In this document: positions 1-10,700 of the stretch, one piece after another
Layout of the letters: the number at the start of each line of letters is the position of its first letter
Numbering within the stretch: the first letter of the stretch is position 1
Sequence record: PZ445443.1
Strand: one strand, 5' to 3'
Length of the DNA stretch: 64,000 nt
Origin: a phage
The notes under the pieces: model-generated
Seen by the model: only the letters and a program-made list of their open reading frames with translations
Databases searched by the model: none
What the model was told of the DNA's origin: nothing
Made by a program: the position numbers and the translations under genes

Positions 1-486
1 GGAAGATACCTTGACGAAGTTGGTAATCAACTTGGTATTCTTAGGAATGGACTTTCAGATGCTGATTTTCGTGCCACACTAATTATTCAGCAGGCCGCAG
101 CATCAAGGGGCGGGACTCGCGAAGATGTCATCTCCACCTTGCGACAATTGTTCGGAAGAGACAATTTCGATACGTGGAAAGGAGACAACTTCAGGTTTGA
201 CATAAATATTAGAAAAACTTGCTTTGACATATTGCAGTCTATCGATCAGATCTTAGATATGCTACCATTACCTTGTCATTTGCGTCTTACAGAATCGCAA
301 GGGCAAGCTTTTGGTTTTGAAGGGGACTCTACAGCTCTTGGCTTCGGATCAGTGTGGGAAGAAAGCCAATTCGGAGTTGGTGGGCTGGCTACTTTGCTAT
401 ATGTTCCTGACGTAAGACCTGATTGGGACACCACAACCATTTATTGTGAAAGTATTACAGTAAACGCAACTAGACAGGAGGGTTAA
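1..486 (+). CDS. virion structural protein, 5'-truncated at window edge (tail/baseplate module)
   Basis: Frame is open from nt 1 and continuous with ORF 139..486; stop TAA 484-486 overlaps next ATG (TAATG); sits in tail gene block. Confidence 0.45.
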   Translation, partial: GRYLDEVGNQLGILRNGLSDADFRATLIIQQAAASRGGTREDVISTLRQLFGRDNFDTWKGDNFRFDINIRKTCFDILQSIDQILDMLPLPCHLRLTESQGQAFGFEGDSTALGFGSVWEESQFGVGGLATLLYVPDVRPDWDTTTIYCESITVNATRQEG

Positions 487-2558
487 TGGCAACAGCTGTT
501 TTTAAACCTTACCGTGATTACTCTACAATGGCTGCACAGTTTCATTACCGAACAGTTCAGGATACTGCCGTTCCTGGTAGGGATTATAATCATGTTGAGG
601 GCGATGTAACTATCCCAGTTGGGGCAACCAGTATTGAGATCCCAGTGGAAATTGTTGACAAATTACCCAACAGGTTGCCAAGAAGCTTCTTTATGGAGTT
701 TTCATCAAAATCTCAAGGAGTGATGATTGGAACACAAAGGGCGAAATGTACAATAGTTTCAGATGAGAATCTTGACAGGATATCTTGGGATACTGTTGAG
801 GAGAGAATGTTTCACCCAAGATATTGGGTTACAACCACTCAGCAGACTGAAAGTACCTGTATTGTTGCAGATAACAACTGTTGTATTAACCGTTTAGTGT
901 CAAGAACATATGGAGGTATGGCTGGGTGCATTTGGGAAACAGTTGACAAGTATGACCATTTCGGTATTGGGTTTGATGATCACTATGAGATGAGAAACAC
1001 CAAGCTTTGGTTCAGAATGTCAATAACCAACGCCAGCAACTTCTCCACTCCTGAAAAGATGATTATGACTGTAGACCTTGTTGATGGCACAATCATCTAT
1101 GTTCCTTTAGCTCAATATGCTGTCAGCATCTCAGAGGATAAAAATGTTGCAGAAATTCATATTGATTTTGAGGACTGCGTCGGGATGGACCAGAACAACA
1201 ACATGATGGGTGTTGATCCTCGGCAGGTGAGAAGGATTTTAATACCACTTATGCCTAAAGACTGGGTAAGTAATAGCACAGATCCAAGAACGGAAAATGT
1301 AGAGTGTGAGTTGCGCCTAGATCTGCTTCAGCCAGACACAGGCTGGAAAATGATGCAACTTAATAATATCCAGGTGAGAGAGCACGACGTTGGGATCTGC
1401 ACCGCATATGACGATATGTGGAACGTGTCCCCTTTAAGGGTGTTGAACAATATCAAGCGTCTGGGCTATACCGGAACCATAAACCATTATGTTGGTATGA
1501 GTCATTATTATGACTACACATGGTCAGGAACCCAATGGTCTATAAACAGAACAGGAGCGCTAAACGCTGCAGCTTATAAATGGCATGATGATTTTATGTA
1601 CAATGCCAAACGACATAACTTCGACGTTATGCAATCTGTAAGTTTTGAGCTTTTCAGCGATGCCTGCCCGTTGGAATGGACCCAAAGAGACTGGAACGAT
1701 AACTACGCTAAAACAGGGTATACACCTTGTAGCTACCTCCTGTCTCCAACCATTGAAGAGGGTATGAATTTCCTTACTGCAGTATTTAAGAATTTTGCAT
1801 CAGCCGCTATGAGAAACAACCTGCCAGTGATTATGCAGGTTGGTGAACCGTGGTGGTGGTACAATACCGATACTCGTAGACCTTGTATTTATGATTACCC
1901 TACAAAACAGGCGTTTTATGATGAGACAGGCGAGTATGCATTAGATATTGGGACTATTGACGATCCTAAAACTGGCGGTGTTTACGACAAGTATGTAGCA
2001 TTTTGTCGTGGTAAGCTTGGCGCTCGTATTGCGGCTATTTCAAAGGCAATAAAAGCACACGCTGCATCAGCTCAGATGACAGCTTTGCTGTTTTTCCCAA
2101 CCATCATGGAAACCGAGCTTACGCAAAAGCTGAACCTTGCTGACCAATATAAAAAGGAAGCAGGTGCTCTTGATTTCTTCTGCACCGAGTGCTACGATTG
2201 GGTGATGCAGGGAGGTATTGAAAAGGCAAAAGAGTCTGTAAACATACCTATCGTTAAGTTAGGTTGGCAACCGTCTGAAATACAATACCTTGCAGGGTTC
2301 GTTCCTAGTAAAGAGCTTGCTCCGGTATATGGCTACGACCCAACCAGGAATTACCAAGAATTTTTATGGAGATGTATCTGCGGAAACATGGCAACCATAG
2401 AGTATAGATACCCTGAGGTAAAACAGTATGTGTGGGCATACCCGCAAGTAATGTCTGACAGCATCACTGTTACAGCCAGAGATTCTACCGTGCTTCATAT
2501 GGGGCAGGTTGCTCTGAAAGGGTATGTAGAAGATGTTGTCCCTCCAGACTTCTCATAA
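486..2558 (+). CDS. tail/baseplate-associated structural protein (690 aa), function unknown
   Basis: 690-aa ORF; AGGAGG at 474-479; translationally coupled to upstream ORF; immediately upstream of fibre genes. Confidence 0.5.
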   Translation: MATAVFKPYRDYSTMAAQFHYRTVQDTAVPGRDYNHVEGDVTIPVGATSIEIPVEIVDKLPNRLPRSFFMEFSSKSQGVMIGTQRAKCTIVSDENLDRISWDTVEERMFHPRYWVTTTQQTESTCIVADNNCCINRLVSRTYGGMAGCIWETVDKYDHFGIGFDDHYEMRNTKLWFRMSITNASNFSTPEKMIMTVDLVDGTIIYVPLAQYAVSISEDKNVAEIHIDFEDCVGMDQNNNMMGVDPRQVRRILIPLMPKDWVSNSTDPRTENVECELRLDLLQPDTGWKMMQLNNIQVREHDVGICTAYDDMWNVSPLRVLNNIKRLGYTGTINHYVGMSHYYDYTWSGTQWSINRTGALNAAAYKWHDDFMYNAKRHNFDVMQSVSFELFSDACPLEWTQRDWNDNYAKTGYTPCSYLLSPTIEEGMNFLTAVFKNFASAAMRNNLPVIMQVGEPWWWYNTDTRRPCIYDYPTKQAFYDETGEYALDIGTIDDPKTGGVYDKYVAFCRGKLGARIAAISKAIKAHAASAQMTALLFFPTIMETELTQKLNLADQYKKEAGALDFFCTECYDWVMQGGIEKAKESVNIPIVKLGWQPSEIQYLAGFVPSKELAPVYGYDPTRNYQEFLWRCICGNMATIEYRYPEVKQYVWAYPQVMSDSITVTARDSTVLHMGQVALKGYVEDVVPPDFS

Positions 2559-2570
2559 TCAGGAGATAAA

Positions 2571-3611
2571 ATGTCAAAACCTAGTTTTCCATTAGAGATT
2601 TGGGCAGAGGAGGATCAGGTTCTGCCTAACACCCACAGACAGAACAGGCTACGCCCGATTGATGATTTGTGGAGAAAAGGTTGGGATCTTGGTCAAAAGC
2701 CATCCTGTGAAGAACTTAACTATATTTTCAATATGCTCGGAACTTGGGCAAAATACATTGCTGACGAGCAGATCCCCGCTCAAGAAGGCCGTTATCTGGT
2801 ACGTGATAATAACTTGAGCGATCTTTTGAACATCCCTGTTGCCCGTAGAAACCTTGGGATTATCACTAAGGAAGAGGCAGACGCCAGGTATGTAAAAGTT
2901 ACAGGTGATACAATGACAGGCCCCTTGGGGTTGCAACGTATCAACTTTAAAGCTGCCGAGACAGATAAGGCTTGGATAGAGACAACTATTGGCCCAGATA
3001 AGACAACTCTCGACTTTGGGTTAAGTGATAATACCGGGTCGTTTGATGATGGTGGTACATCTACAGTAGATGCGTTTCGTTGGAGATTCCAGCCAACTCA
3101 GCCGGATATTAATCCAGAGTTCACTTTGATGTACCTTAACGCGATCACGGCTAATCGTGCGCTGTTGAAAGTGGTAGGCAATGTTGAAGTTGTCGATAAC
3201 ATGAGGTGCAATAACCTTACTATCAGCAATACAGCAACATTCACCAACTGTAATGTGGCTAGTCAGTTGACGGCTGGGTCAGTATATGTTAATGGTGGTG
3301 CAAGTTGTGACAGTATGGTTGTAAGAAGCCAGCACTGTGTTGTCGGTAACAGAAATGTGGTGCGCTCCGTGAATGGAGTGACGGCTAACGGTAACGGTGA
3401 TGTAACGATCACTATCCCGCAGACAGGTGTGCAAGACATCAGAATCGGTGCAAGACTTGTGGACGGCGTTTCTGAATCTCCAATCCGCAACGGCTACGTT
3501 GTCACAGGCTGGCATTTCGGTGACAAAAAAGAGATGCGTGGTTCAACCTACTGGGCAGGACCTTTACAAAAACTTGTAAATGGTCAATGGATCACTGTTA
3601 ATTATGCATAG
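2571..3611 (+). CDS. tail fibre protein, paralog 1
   Basis: 346 aa; RBS AGGAGA; N-terminal ~200 aa and C-terminal QKLVNGQWITVNYA shared with ORF 4626..5669; followed by Tfa-like gene. Confidence 0.7.
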   Translation: MSKPSFPLEIWAEEDQVLPNTHRQNRLRPIDDLWRKGWDLGQKPSCEELNYIFNMLGTWAKYIADEQIPAQEGRYLVRDNNLSDLLNIPVARRNLGIITKEEADARYVKVTGDTMTGPLGLQRINFKAAETDKAWIETTIGPDKTTLDFGLSDNTGSFDDGGTSTVDAFRWRFQPTQPDINPEFTLMYLNAITANRALLKVVGNVEVVDNMRCNNLTISNTATFTNCNVASQLTAGSVYVNGGASCDSMVVRSQHCVVGNRNVVRSVNGVTANGNGDVTITIPQTGVQDIRIGARLVDGVSESPIRNGYVVTGWHFGDKKEMRGSTYWAGPLQKLVNGQWITVNYA

Positions 3612-3625
3612 ATCGGAGGACTAGC

Positions 3626-4210
3626 ATGAAAATACTTCAAGAGTTTAAACTTTACCAACCGGGATCTGGCGAATACCACTCCAACAAGGAAACCAAGGAG
3701 CTGACCCCTCAAGAGGTCGAGGATTACACCGCATACACTGGGTATTTTTTACGTAATGATGATGGTGATTGGTATGTGCAGTCACGAACATTACGACAAG
3801 AAAATCCAGGGTGTATCTTCCTACTTGTTGACGAGAAGGGAATTCTTAAGACATCTACAGAAGAACCTGATGCCTTATGGCCTGCTCCAGGTCTTCGTGT
3901 GGTTATCGCCAAAAAAGAAGAGGTACCAGAAAACATTATGCTTCACCACGACGCTTTGCGTTTAGTTGGTGATGGATTTGTCACAGACAATGAATTCTTT
4001 GTTCAACAGGCAGAGGGTGTCATAGAGACAGAACTTGCTTGGGCTACTGCTAGAATTGGTGCCTATCAAGACATGATTGACCTTGAATATGATCTTACTG
4101 ATGACCAGAAACGTAACATCAGAGATTTGAAAATGTACAGGGTAAAACTTCTTGAAATAGATACATCTAAAGCCCCTGACATTTTCTTCCCGGAGCGACC
4201 TACCCTCTAA
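3626..4210 (+). CDS. tail fibre assembly chaperone (Tfa/gpG-like)
   Basis: 194 aa; C-terminal LKMYRVKLLEIDTSKAPDIFFPERP fits the conserved Tfa C-terminal signature (YRV-L--ID-S-AP-I-FP--P) as recalled; sits directly 3' of a fibre gene. Confidence 0.7.
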   Translation: MKILQEFKLYQPGSGEYHSNKETKELTPQEVEDYTAYTGYFLRNDDGDWYVQSRTLRQENPGCIFLLVDEKGILKTSTEEPDALWPAPGLRVVIAKKEEVPENIMLHHDALRLVGDGFVTDNEFFVQQAEGVIETELAWATARIGAYQDMIDLEYDLTDDQKRNIRDLKMYRVKLLEIDTSKAPDIFFPERPTL

Positions 4211-4221
4211 GAGGAGGTGTT

Positions 4222-4536
4222 GTGGAGTTGGATTTGGCGGCATTGTACGGTATCTGCATGGGTACCGTTGTCCCGATCTGTGTATGGGCTTTCAACCAGT
4301 GGCACACCAAATGGAAAGGCATTTCCAAGAGGTTGGATGAGCTGGAGAAAGACCTCATCTTAGTGAAAAACAGTATGGTTACAAAAGATAGACTTGATTC
4401 CGTTATCGAGACTCGGTTAAGCAAGCTAGAGGCCGATATTAACGACCTTAAGCAGGATGTCAGGACAGATGTCTCCGGCATCCGAGCTGATGTACAAAAG
4501 ATTTTGCACATGCTCGTAGAGCATAGTAAAAGGTAA
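4222..4536 (+). CDS. small membrane-anchored coiled-coil protein (GTG start)
   Basis: 104 aa; GAGGAGG 4 nt upstream of GTG; N-terminal hydrophobic helix then charged heptad-like region. Confidence 0.4.
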   Translation: MELDLAALYGICMGTVVPICVWAFNQWHTKWKGISKRLDELEKDLILVKNSMVTKDRLDSVIETRLSKLEADINDLKQDVRTDVSGIRADVQKILHMLVEHSKR

Positions 4537-4545
4537 ACAAAGGTC

Positions 4546-4579
4546 AGAACGGAAAGGACTCCGTTCTTGCATTTTGTTC
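4546..4579 (+). terminator. rho-independent terminator
   Basis: Stem AGAACGGA/TCCGTTCT with 6-nt loop followed by TGCATTTTGTTC. Confidence 0.6.
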
Positions 4580-4625
4580 TCTAAAGTGTTAAAATAGTCC
4601 TAAGGAATTTTCTCAGGAGAACGTG

Positions 4626-5669
4626 ATGACTAAACCAGTTATCCCTCTTGATATTTGGGCCAATCAGGATGTTGTGCTTGAAAATACGGGAGAGTTGAAT
4701 AAATCTCAACCAAAAAAAGAAGAGAGATTGAAAGGTTGGGATATGACACAAAGAATGGCATGTGAAGTTGTTAACTTTGAACTTCACATGCTTTCTGCGT
4801 GGTTGAAGCATTTAACAGAAGATGTTGTCCCAGGATGGGATAATAGATTCTTAAGGGTCACTAATAATCTAGCAGACGTTCCAGACAAAGCTGCTGCACG
4901 TCAAGTTCTCAATGTATACTCACCTGAAGAAATGGACGATCTATATGTTGACAAGTCTGGAGACATAATGACTCAGACTCAAACTTTAGGTCTTCAAAGA
5001 ATCGAGTTTGCATCTGCGTCAACAGACAGTGCGGCAATATATACCACCATAACTCCAGACAAGACGACGATGGATTTCTGGATTATGGACAACATCGGTG
5101 GTGCTGACGGCACAGACCTTGATGATCCTTCTCACCAAATAGATGGGTTCCGTTGGAGATTTCAACCTTCTGGTGGGCAGCCTGTGTTTTCAGCTATGAA
5201 GCTCAATGCTATAACTGCCAACCGTGCAAGACTGGCTATCCAAGGAAATCTTGAATGCAACGATGCAAAAAGTTCCTCTGCAAATGCCAATGCGGTCACG
5301 ATACCAAGAGCCACTGTTAATGGACAACAATCCTGCGGAAGCGCTCAAATAGGTGGAAGAGTTGATTGTAACGATGAAACCGTCAGGGGCCAATATGCAA
5401 CAGTTGGTGGAAGAAACGTGGTCCGCAGGGTAAATGGTAACGGCGCAGACAGTAGCGGTAACCTTACTATCCCTATGCCTAGCAGAGGGGTTGATGATGT
5501 AAGGATAGCAAACCGTTTTAAAACCACCTACAGAGAGTCAAGAGTCTACCCTGGACATGTGATGTGCTCTGGTAACTACGCTTATAAACACCCTTATCAA
5601 GGTGATTACTGGACAGGTGCTATCCAAAAACTTGTAAATGGTCAATGGATCACTATATCTTATGCTTAA
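4626..5669 (+). CDS. tail fibre protein, paralog 2
   Basis: 347 aa from ATG 4626 (GTG 4623 also in frame); RBS AGGAGAA; conserved N-terminal domain and C-terminal AIQKLVNGQWITISYA shared with paralog 1, central region divergent. Confidence 0.7.
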   Translation: MTKPVIPLDIWANQDVVLENTGELNKSQPKKEERLKGWDMTQRMACEVVNFELHMLSAWLKHLTEDVVPGWDNRFLRVTNNLADVPDKAAARQVLNVYSPEEMDDLYVDKSGDIMTQTQTLGLQRIEFASASTDSAAIYTTITPDKTTMDFWIMDNIGGADGTDLDDPSHQIDGFRWRFQPSGGQPVFSAMKLNAITANRARLAIQGNLECNDAKSSSANANAVTIPRATVNGQQSCGSAQIGGRVDCNDETVRGQYATVGGRNVVRRVNGNGADSSGNLTIPMPSRGVDDVRIANRFKTTYRESRVYPGHVMCSGNYAYKHPYQGDYWTGAIQKLVNGQWITISYA

Positions 5670-5680
5670 AAAGAGGGTAA

Positions 5681-5947
5681 ATGAAACTAACTCAGTTTTT
5701 ATGGGGACTGGTTGCGGCATCTGATGACCCTACGAAAGTGTCCCAATCTAAGCTATGGTCGAACATAGGCATGGCGGTGATGACTGGGGTGTTTATTCAT
5801 ATGGGGTATAATGATACGCTTCCTGAATGGTATGCGTGGATATACGCGCCTTCAGTAGCTTGCCCCCAGCTTATTAGCAAATTCATCTCGCTCCGGTGGG
5901 GTTGCCAGCACCCTGACCACGTTAAAAACGAAGAGCAAAAAGCTTAA
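5681..5947 (+). CDS. hypothetical protein (88 aa) downstream of fibre paralog 2
   Basis: ORF track; RBS AGAGGG; hydrophobic central segment; no Tfa signature. Confidence 0.45.
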   Translation: MKLTQFLWGLVAASDDPTKVSQSKLWSNIGMAVMTGVFIHMGYNDTLPEWYAWIYAPSVACPQLISKFISLRWGCQHPDHVKNEEQKA

Positions 5948-5956
5948 GGAGAAATC

Positions 5957-7702
5957 ATGGCGCAAGACATGACAAGCTTTGAGCAGGCGGTAGATCAAGT
6001 AATTGTTGATTCTGAACGTTTGCACCTGATTGTCAACGGTAACGCTGTGGATGAAGTTGTCGTAGAGGATGGGACCACCATCCCTACGGTACGAAAAGCC
6101 ATGCTTGACACCCTTTATTTTAAAACGCCACCGATCCCTTGGGCGTATGGTGCATCCACAACAGTTTTTAACCAGCTGTACGAGTTTAAAGGGGACACAG
6201 GCCCTCAGTGGTGGTACGCTCCCGCAGCATCAAAATCTAACCCGGTTAGAATGCCAGCAGATCCTTCACAATCTCCAAACTGGAGATTATATACCGATTC
6301 TGCAGTAATGGCAAAATACTACGCAAAACTTAACAGTCCGAGGTTCGAAGGTGACCCGCGAGTACCTACGCCTCCAATGGACGACAAATCCGAGTCTATA
6401 GCAAACACAGAGTTTGTTGTTGACTATGTGGATAGCATATTTGAAGCCATGGAGGGAATGAAAGTTACTGTAGGGTCTTTGGTGGTAAAAGGTCTTACAG
6501 AACTTGCTAACACTATAGTTGGTGGCACACTCACCTTACATGGGCCTGTTAATGGAGCAGATTCTACTGCACGCTTCAGGAACCTAATCCTCACGGCAAA
6601 TACTTCTACACTTACTTTTGCGTGGAGTGATCCTAAGCATGCAGACTGGAGAAGCACAGAGCTGCAACCTCATGAAGTGTCCACCCACAGGGTTATAGCT
6701 GACACTATAACTTCTGGGAAACCAGTGGCTAATAATAACGATGTGCATTTTGATGGTCTAGGTAATAACTTTTTTGACTACGTGTACATTCGTGGTAATG
6801 CCATGAAGGCAGCAACCGAACCGACATTGCAGGTAGATGGAACCACCAGGGTTAAGAACCTTGAGGTGACAGGCACTGTTACAGGGATAACCTACTCTGT
6901 CGATGGCACCATGATTTACCCTAGCTATATTGAAAGCACTGGGGACGCATTAATAAATGGTGATTTAGAAGTTGGCGGATCTGTAGTTATTCGAGGTACA
7001 GCCTCTATCCAAAACATAGCTCTGAATACCCTAAGAGTCAATGAGCGTGCAACTTTTGAGGGGGAAGGGCTTACAGCCAACAAAGGTGTAATTACCGAGC
7101 TGACAACCACTACTTTAACTGCAACAACTGCAAACTCTGAAAACTGCAACGTTACCAGAAACTTGCAGGTAAATGGAGATGTTAGTTTAAACGCAGCAGG
7201 GACGGGCACCACCTACCTTCACAACCTTGAAATATCCGGCACAGTGACTGGGTGGCTGCCAGACTTCTCTAATGTCAACTTTGTTTGTAATGGCATTAAC
7301 TCCAGTGGCAAGATAACCACCTCTCAAGAAATTGAGGCGGGTAAAACCATTACTGCCCCTACTTTCCACGCAGGAAAGGTAGATTTTGATTTAGAGGAGG
7401 TTGACGCGTCCAGTGGGACATGGACACCTAACGGGCAGGCCAGTATGTATGTTGTCCACGCGAAAGGGGATTTTACAATAGGACAATGGCCTGGTACATC
7501 AGCGGAAGATAAACCTTATCCATTCACTGCGGTTATCTATGTCATTCAGGATGCTGTAGGTCACAACGTGACTTTGCACGATAAGTATGCTATCCTGTCG
7601 GCAACGCCTGTTATTAATAACAAGGCTAATAGTGTTACCTTGCTGCAATTAACATATTGTGGTGTTGGTGATATCGTAGACGTAGTAATTGCACAACGTT
7701 AA
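5957..7702 (+). CDS. tail fibre / tailspike-like protein (581 aa)
   Basis: RBS AAGGAG; Thr/Gly/Asn/Val-rich beta-type repeats typical of fibre shafts; within fibre block. Confidence 0.6.
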   Translation: MAQDMTSFEQAVDQVIVDSERLHLIVNGNAVDEVVVEDGTTIPTVRKAMLDTLYFKTPPIPWAYGASTTVFNQLYEFKGDTGPQWWYAPAASKSNPVRMPADPSQSPNWRLYTDSAVMAKYYAKLNSPRFEGDPRVPTPPMDDKSESIANTEFVVDYVDSIFEAMEGMKVTVGSLVVKGLTELANTIVGGTLTLHGPVNGADSTARFRNLILTANTSTLTFAWSDPKHADWRSTELQPHEVSTHRVIADTITSGKPVANNNDVHFDGLGNNFFDYVYIRGNAMKAATEPTLQVDGTTRVKNLEVTGTVTGITYSVDGTMIYPSYIESTGDALINGDLEVGGSVVIRGTASIQNIALNTLRVNERATFEGEGLTANKGVITELTTTTLTATTANSENCNVTRNLQVNGDVSLNAAGTGTTYLHNLEISGTVTGWLPDFSNVNFVCNGINSSGKITTSQEIEAGKTITAPTFHAGKVDFDLEEVDASSGTWTPNGQASMYVVHAKGDFTIGQWPGTSAEDKPYPFTAVIYVIQDAVGHNVTLHDKYAILSATPVINNKANSVTLLQLTYCGVGDIVDVVIAQR

Positions 7703-7713
7703 TATATATCTAA

Positions 7714-7739
7714 CCGCTCCTGACGGGGCGGTTTTCTTA
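7714..7739 (+). terminator. rho-independent terminator
   Basis: Stem CCGCTCC/GGGGCGG (one GU pair), loop TGAC, then TTTTCTTAT. Confidence 0.5.
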
Positions 7740-7752
7740 TCTGGAGAACACA

Positions 7753-10700
7753 ATGCTTCCAATCCCTTTGCTAAAACTTGGTCGTCATTTCCTCGATAAG
7801 AGGGGTGGAATTAAGGAACTTGCTGTTCTGTCATACCCAATAGACAACAGTGATGGTACAAGCAACACAGTATCCTATGTAAATAGCTTAGCTATACTTT
7901 TTGATGATGGTCAGCTTAATATTACTGGCTATAATAGGTTCGGAGAGTGTCGGACTGGAGATCTTGATACAATAAACTATCCTAATGAGGCAGCTTGGAA
8001 CGTAGACCATGTTTGGAGAGCTGACCGTGCATTTGTAATCCGCACATTCGATAATAAATTTTTCTATATTGGTTGCACAGCTGGTCTTATCGGATCGGAG
8101 GCAGCAGGTGGAAACGATGTTTGTGTCAGAGAGTGGACACCTTTGCCGGAACAGATCGTAACAGGGTTGCATTTGGACACCCATCCTGAGAGACTTGTTG
8201 AAGTAATGGGTGGCGTAAACAATACCGTGTGGGTAATTGCTGCACCAGAGGCTGATGGTATGCTTCACCTGTACGGCTCTGGCAATAATACTTACGGCTC
8301 TCTTCATGTTGACAAAAGTCAACACGCTACTCCAGTTAAGATCGGTGAAACATCTGAAAGTCCAGAGACAGGTCCTTGGAAAAATCCAAGAATTAATTGT
8401 GAAGTTCATGACAACTCGGTTATTTTTGGTGGTCCTAACGGATTCTGGATTGCAGGTTACGACTTTCTGAGAAATAACAGTAGAAACGACCTTGTTTGGC
8501 CTCCTGTGCAGATTACTCGTAACGATTTGAGGGGCATTCCTGCAGATGAGGAGTGGAAAGGGTTTATGTGTGGTCCTAACGGGGCAGTAATTGCTACACA
8601 GAGGATGCATAGACCCGATGACCAGCAGCTTGTTAACGTATTTTATGGTCAAAACATTTGGGGAGATGATACATGGCGGGAACTGAATATCACCTACACC
8701 CATGAGGTAATGATGGCTCGTGGGTACGGCACAAGTGGCATTTTCTTCAATAATGGCACTAAGCAGTATCGTGGGTTCTCTCGCAACTTATGTAATGATA
8801 TTGGTGCACAATCTGCAAACAATAGTCCTAGGGCCGATTTTATCCACTATCAAGCTCTTGCTACAGCTAAATATGTTGAGCAACGCCTGCCAGTCAGCTG
8901 GACAGAGAGTGTTTATTTCCAAGGCATCCACAGAGAAGGTTTCTTAGGTACCTTTACTGTTGTTAATGGTAAACTTTGGTGGTCAGGTATCCCAAGGGGA
9001 AGTTTTACAGGATCTAATAACCTCTTTGGCGGCAGACTTAACAGCCAAGGGTTCACAGAGATTCCGGAGAATTGGTATAAAAATGTCCCGGTAGACAGTT
9101 GGGGTGTTGAGGATATTTTCGACGTTAACGGTGTTAGCAGCGTTAGCAATATTTACATTGGTGACACGGTCAAGATGAAATTGAAGCCTCAGCCAGAGGG
9201 GGCTACGTTCATTATTGACAAGATTGAACTGGTAAATGCTGCAGGCACGGTTGTTACAGATGCAAATTACCAATTCTCCACCAACTGGAACCACGGAGGG
9301 GCCAATGAAGTTGTTGTCACCCAGTATAACAGAAATGTTAACAGACGTGGCCTGTACTCTGTAAAAATAACCTATCATGACAAGCATGGCACAGGCAGAA
9401 CCCATACGACAAGGACTTTGAACTGGAACACCATAGTTCCTGCGTACCCGTCTGATGGTAAATGGCATACTGTCGGTAGAAACAAACAGTTCCATGTTAA
9501 TGATACTGTATACTTTGGGCTGAATGGGACCCAGCCTGCAGTAGAAGGGGATACATCGTATATGGTCAGACTCCACAGAATGGATGCTGGATCAGTCACT
9601 TATGATGTGACCCAAGAGATCTACGATCAAAGACGCGCCACGTATGACAATATTGTGAAAACACAAGCCTTGTGGGAGTTCAATCCTAATGGCAAGGGTG
9701 GTAAAATGTTGCAGGTTAATGAGCAGAACGGAACGTCGTTGACTGTTCACGAACACCCAGACCCTTGGCCTGATCCTGGAAAACCTCACCCAGGAGCTCG
9801 TACACTGAAAATTGTCAGCCATGATGCAGGGTATTTCGGAATACGCTGGGAAGCTACAGTAAGATATGTCGACGGGACAACAAACAACATAGGGATTACA
9901 CTTGGCGGCACTAGTGAAGATAACTCGCTGAAAATTGCCTACACGCCCAGAGGTATCTCTATTGATAATATGGATGTTGTTCGCAATGGTTACGGCGATG
10001 TGAATGTCAAAGTTACTCTTGGCGAACATCTTGGTGGGGAAAGGATCATCATGTATGCCTTTGATCATGATCCACGCACCAATGGAACTTATGCAAATCA
10101 GGCATGGAGTTACCTGATAAATGCACCTGAGCCGAATACTAAAGAGTTCTACTATGGTATGAAGCGAGATGTGTGCAAGAAAACAGGAACACATGACTGG
10201 ATTGCTATCTGCGTTAAAGATGAGCGCACAGCTTGGGATGAGCCTGTTAACAGATGGTTCATAGGTATTCCTACCAGAAGTGATAAGTATGTCGCAGAAT
10301 ATATTGTATGCATGGGCGGTACCAACCTAAACATGTGTTGGAACGAAGATGTAAACAAATACTCTGATTATGACTATATGAGGGATTACTCTTGTAATTT
10401 GTGGTTTAACCAAACTACAGGTTACCCTCCAAGACAGGCGAGAGTAAACCCTGCAATCTTCACAGACACGCAGGTTTTCTTGACAAAACAGGCCAACGAG
10501 GTCCAGACCTTCAAGAACAAATACGACCCTAATAAGTGGTTCTATAACTGCTATGGGGCATTTTTCTGGGGACCTGGAGAATTACCTGGTGGTGGCTCTT
10601 GTTTTGAGGCTGCAACTTACGCCAGTGACAGATTTATGGGCCAGGTCAAGAAATACAAGATAATTCCAGGGCCTGAAACTTTAGGCAACGCTGTCGACCC

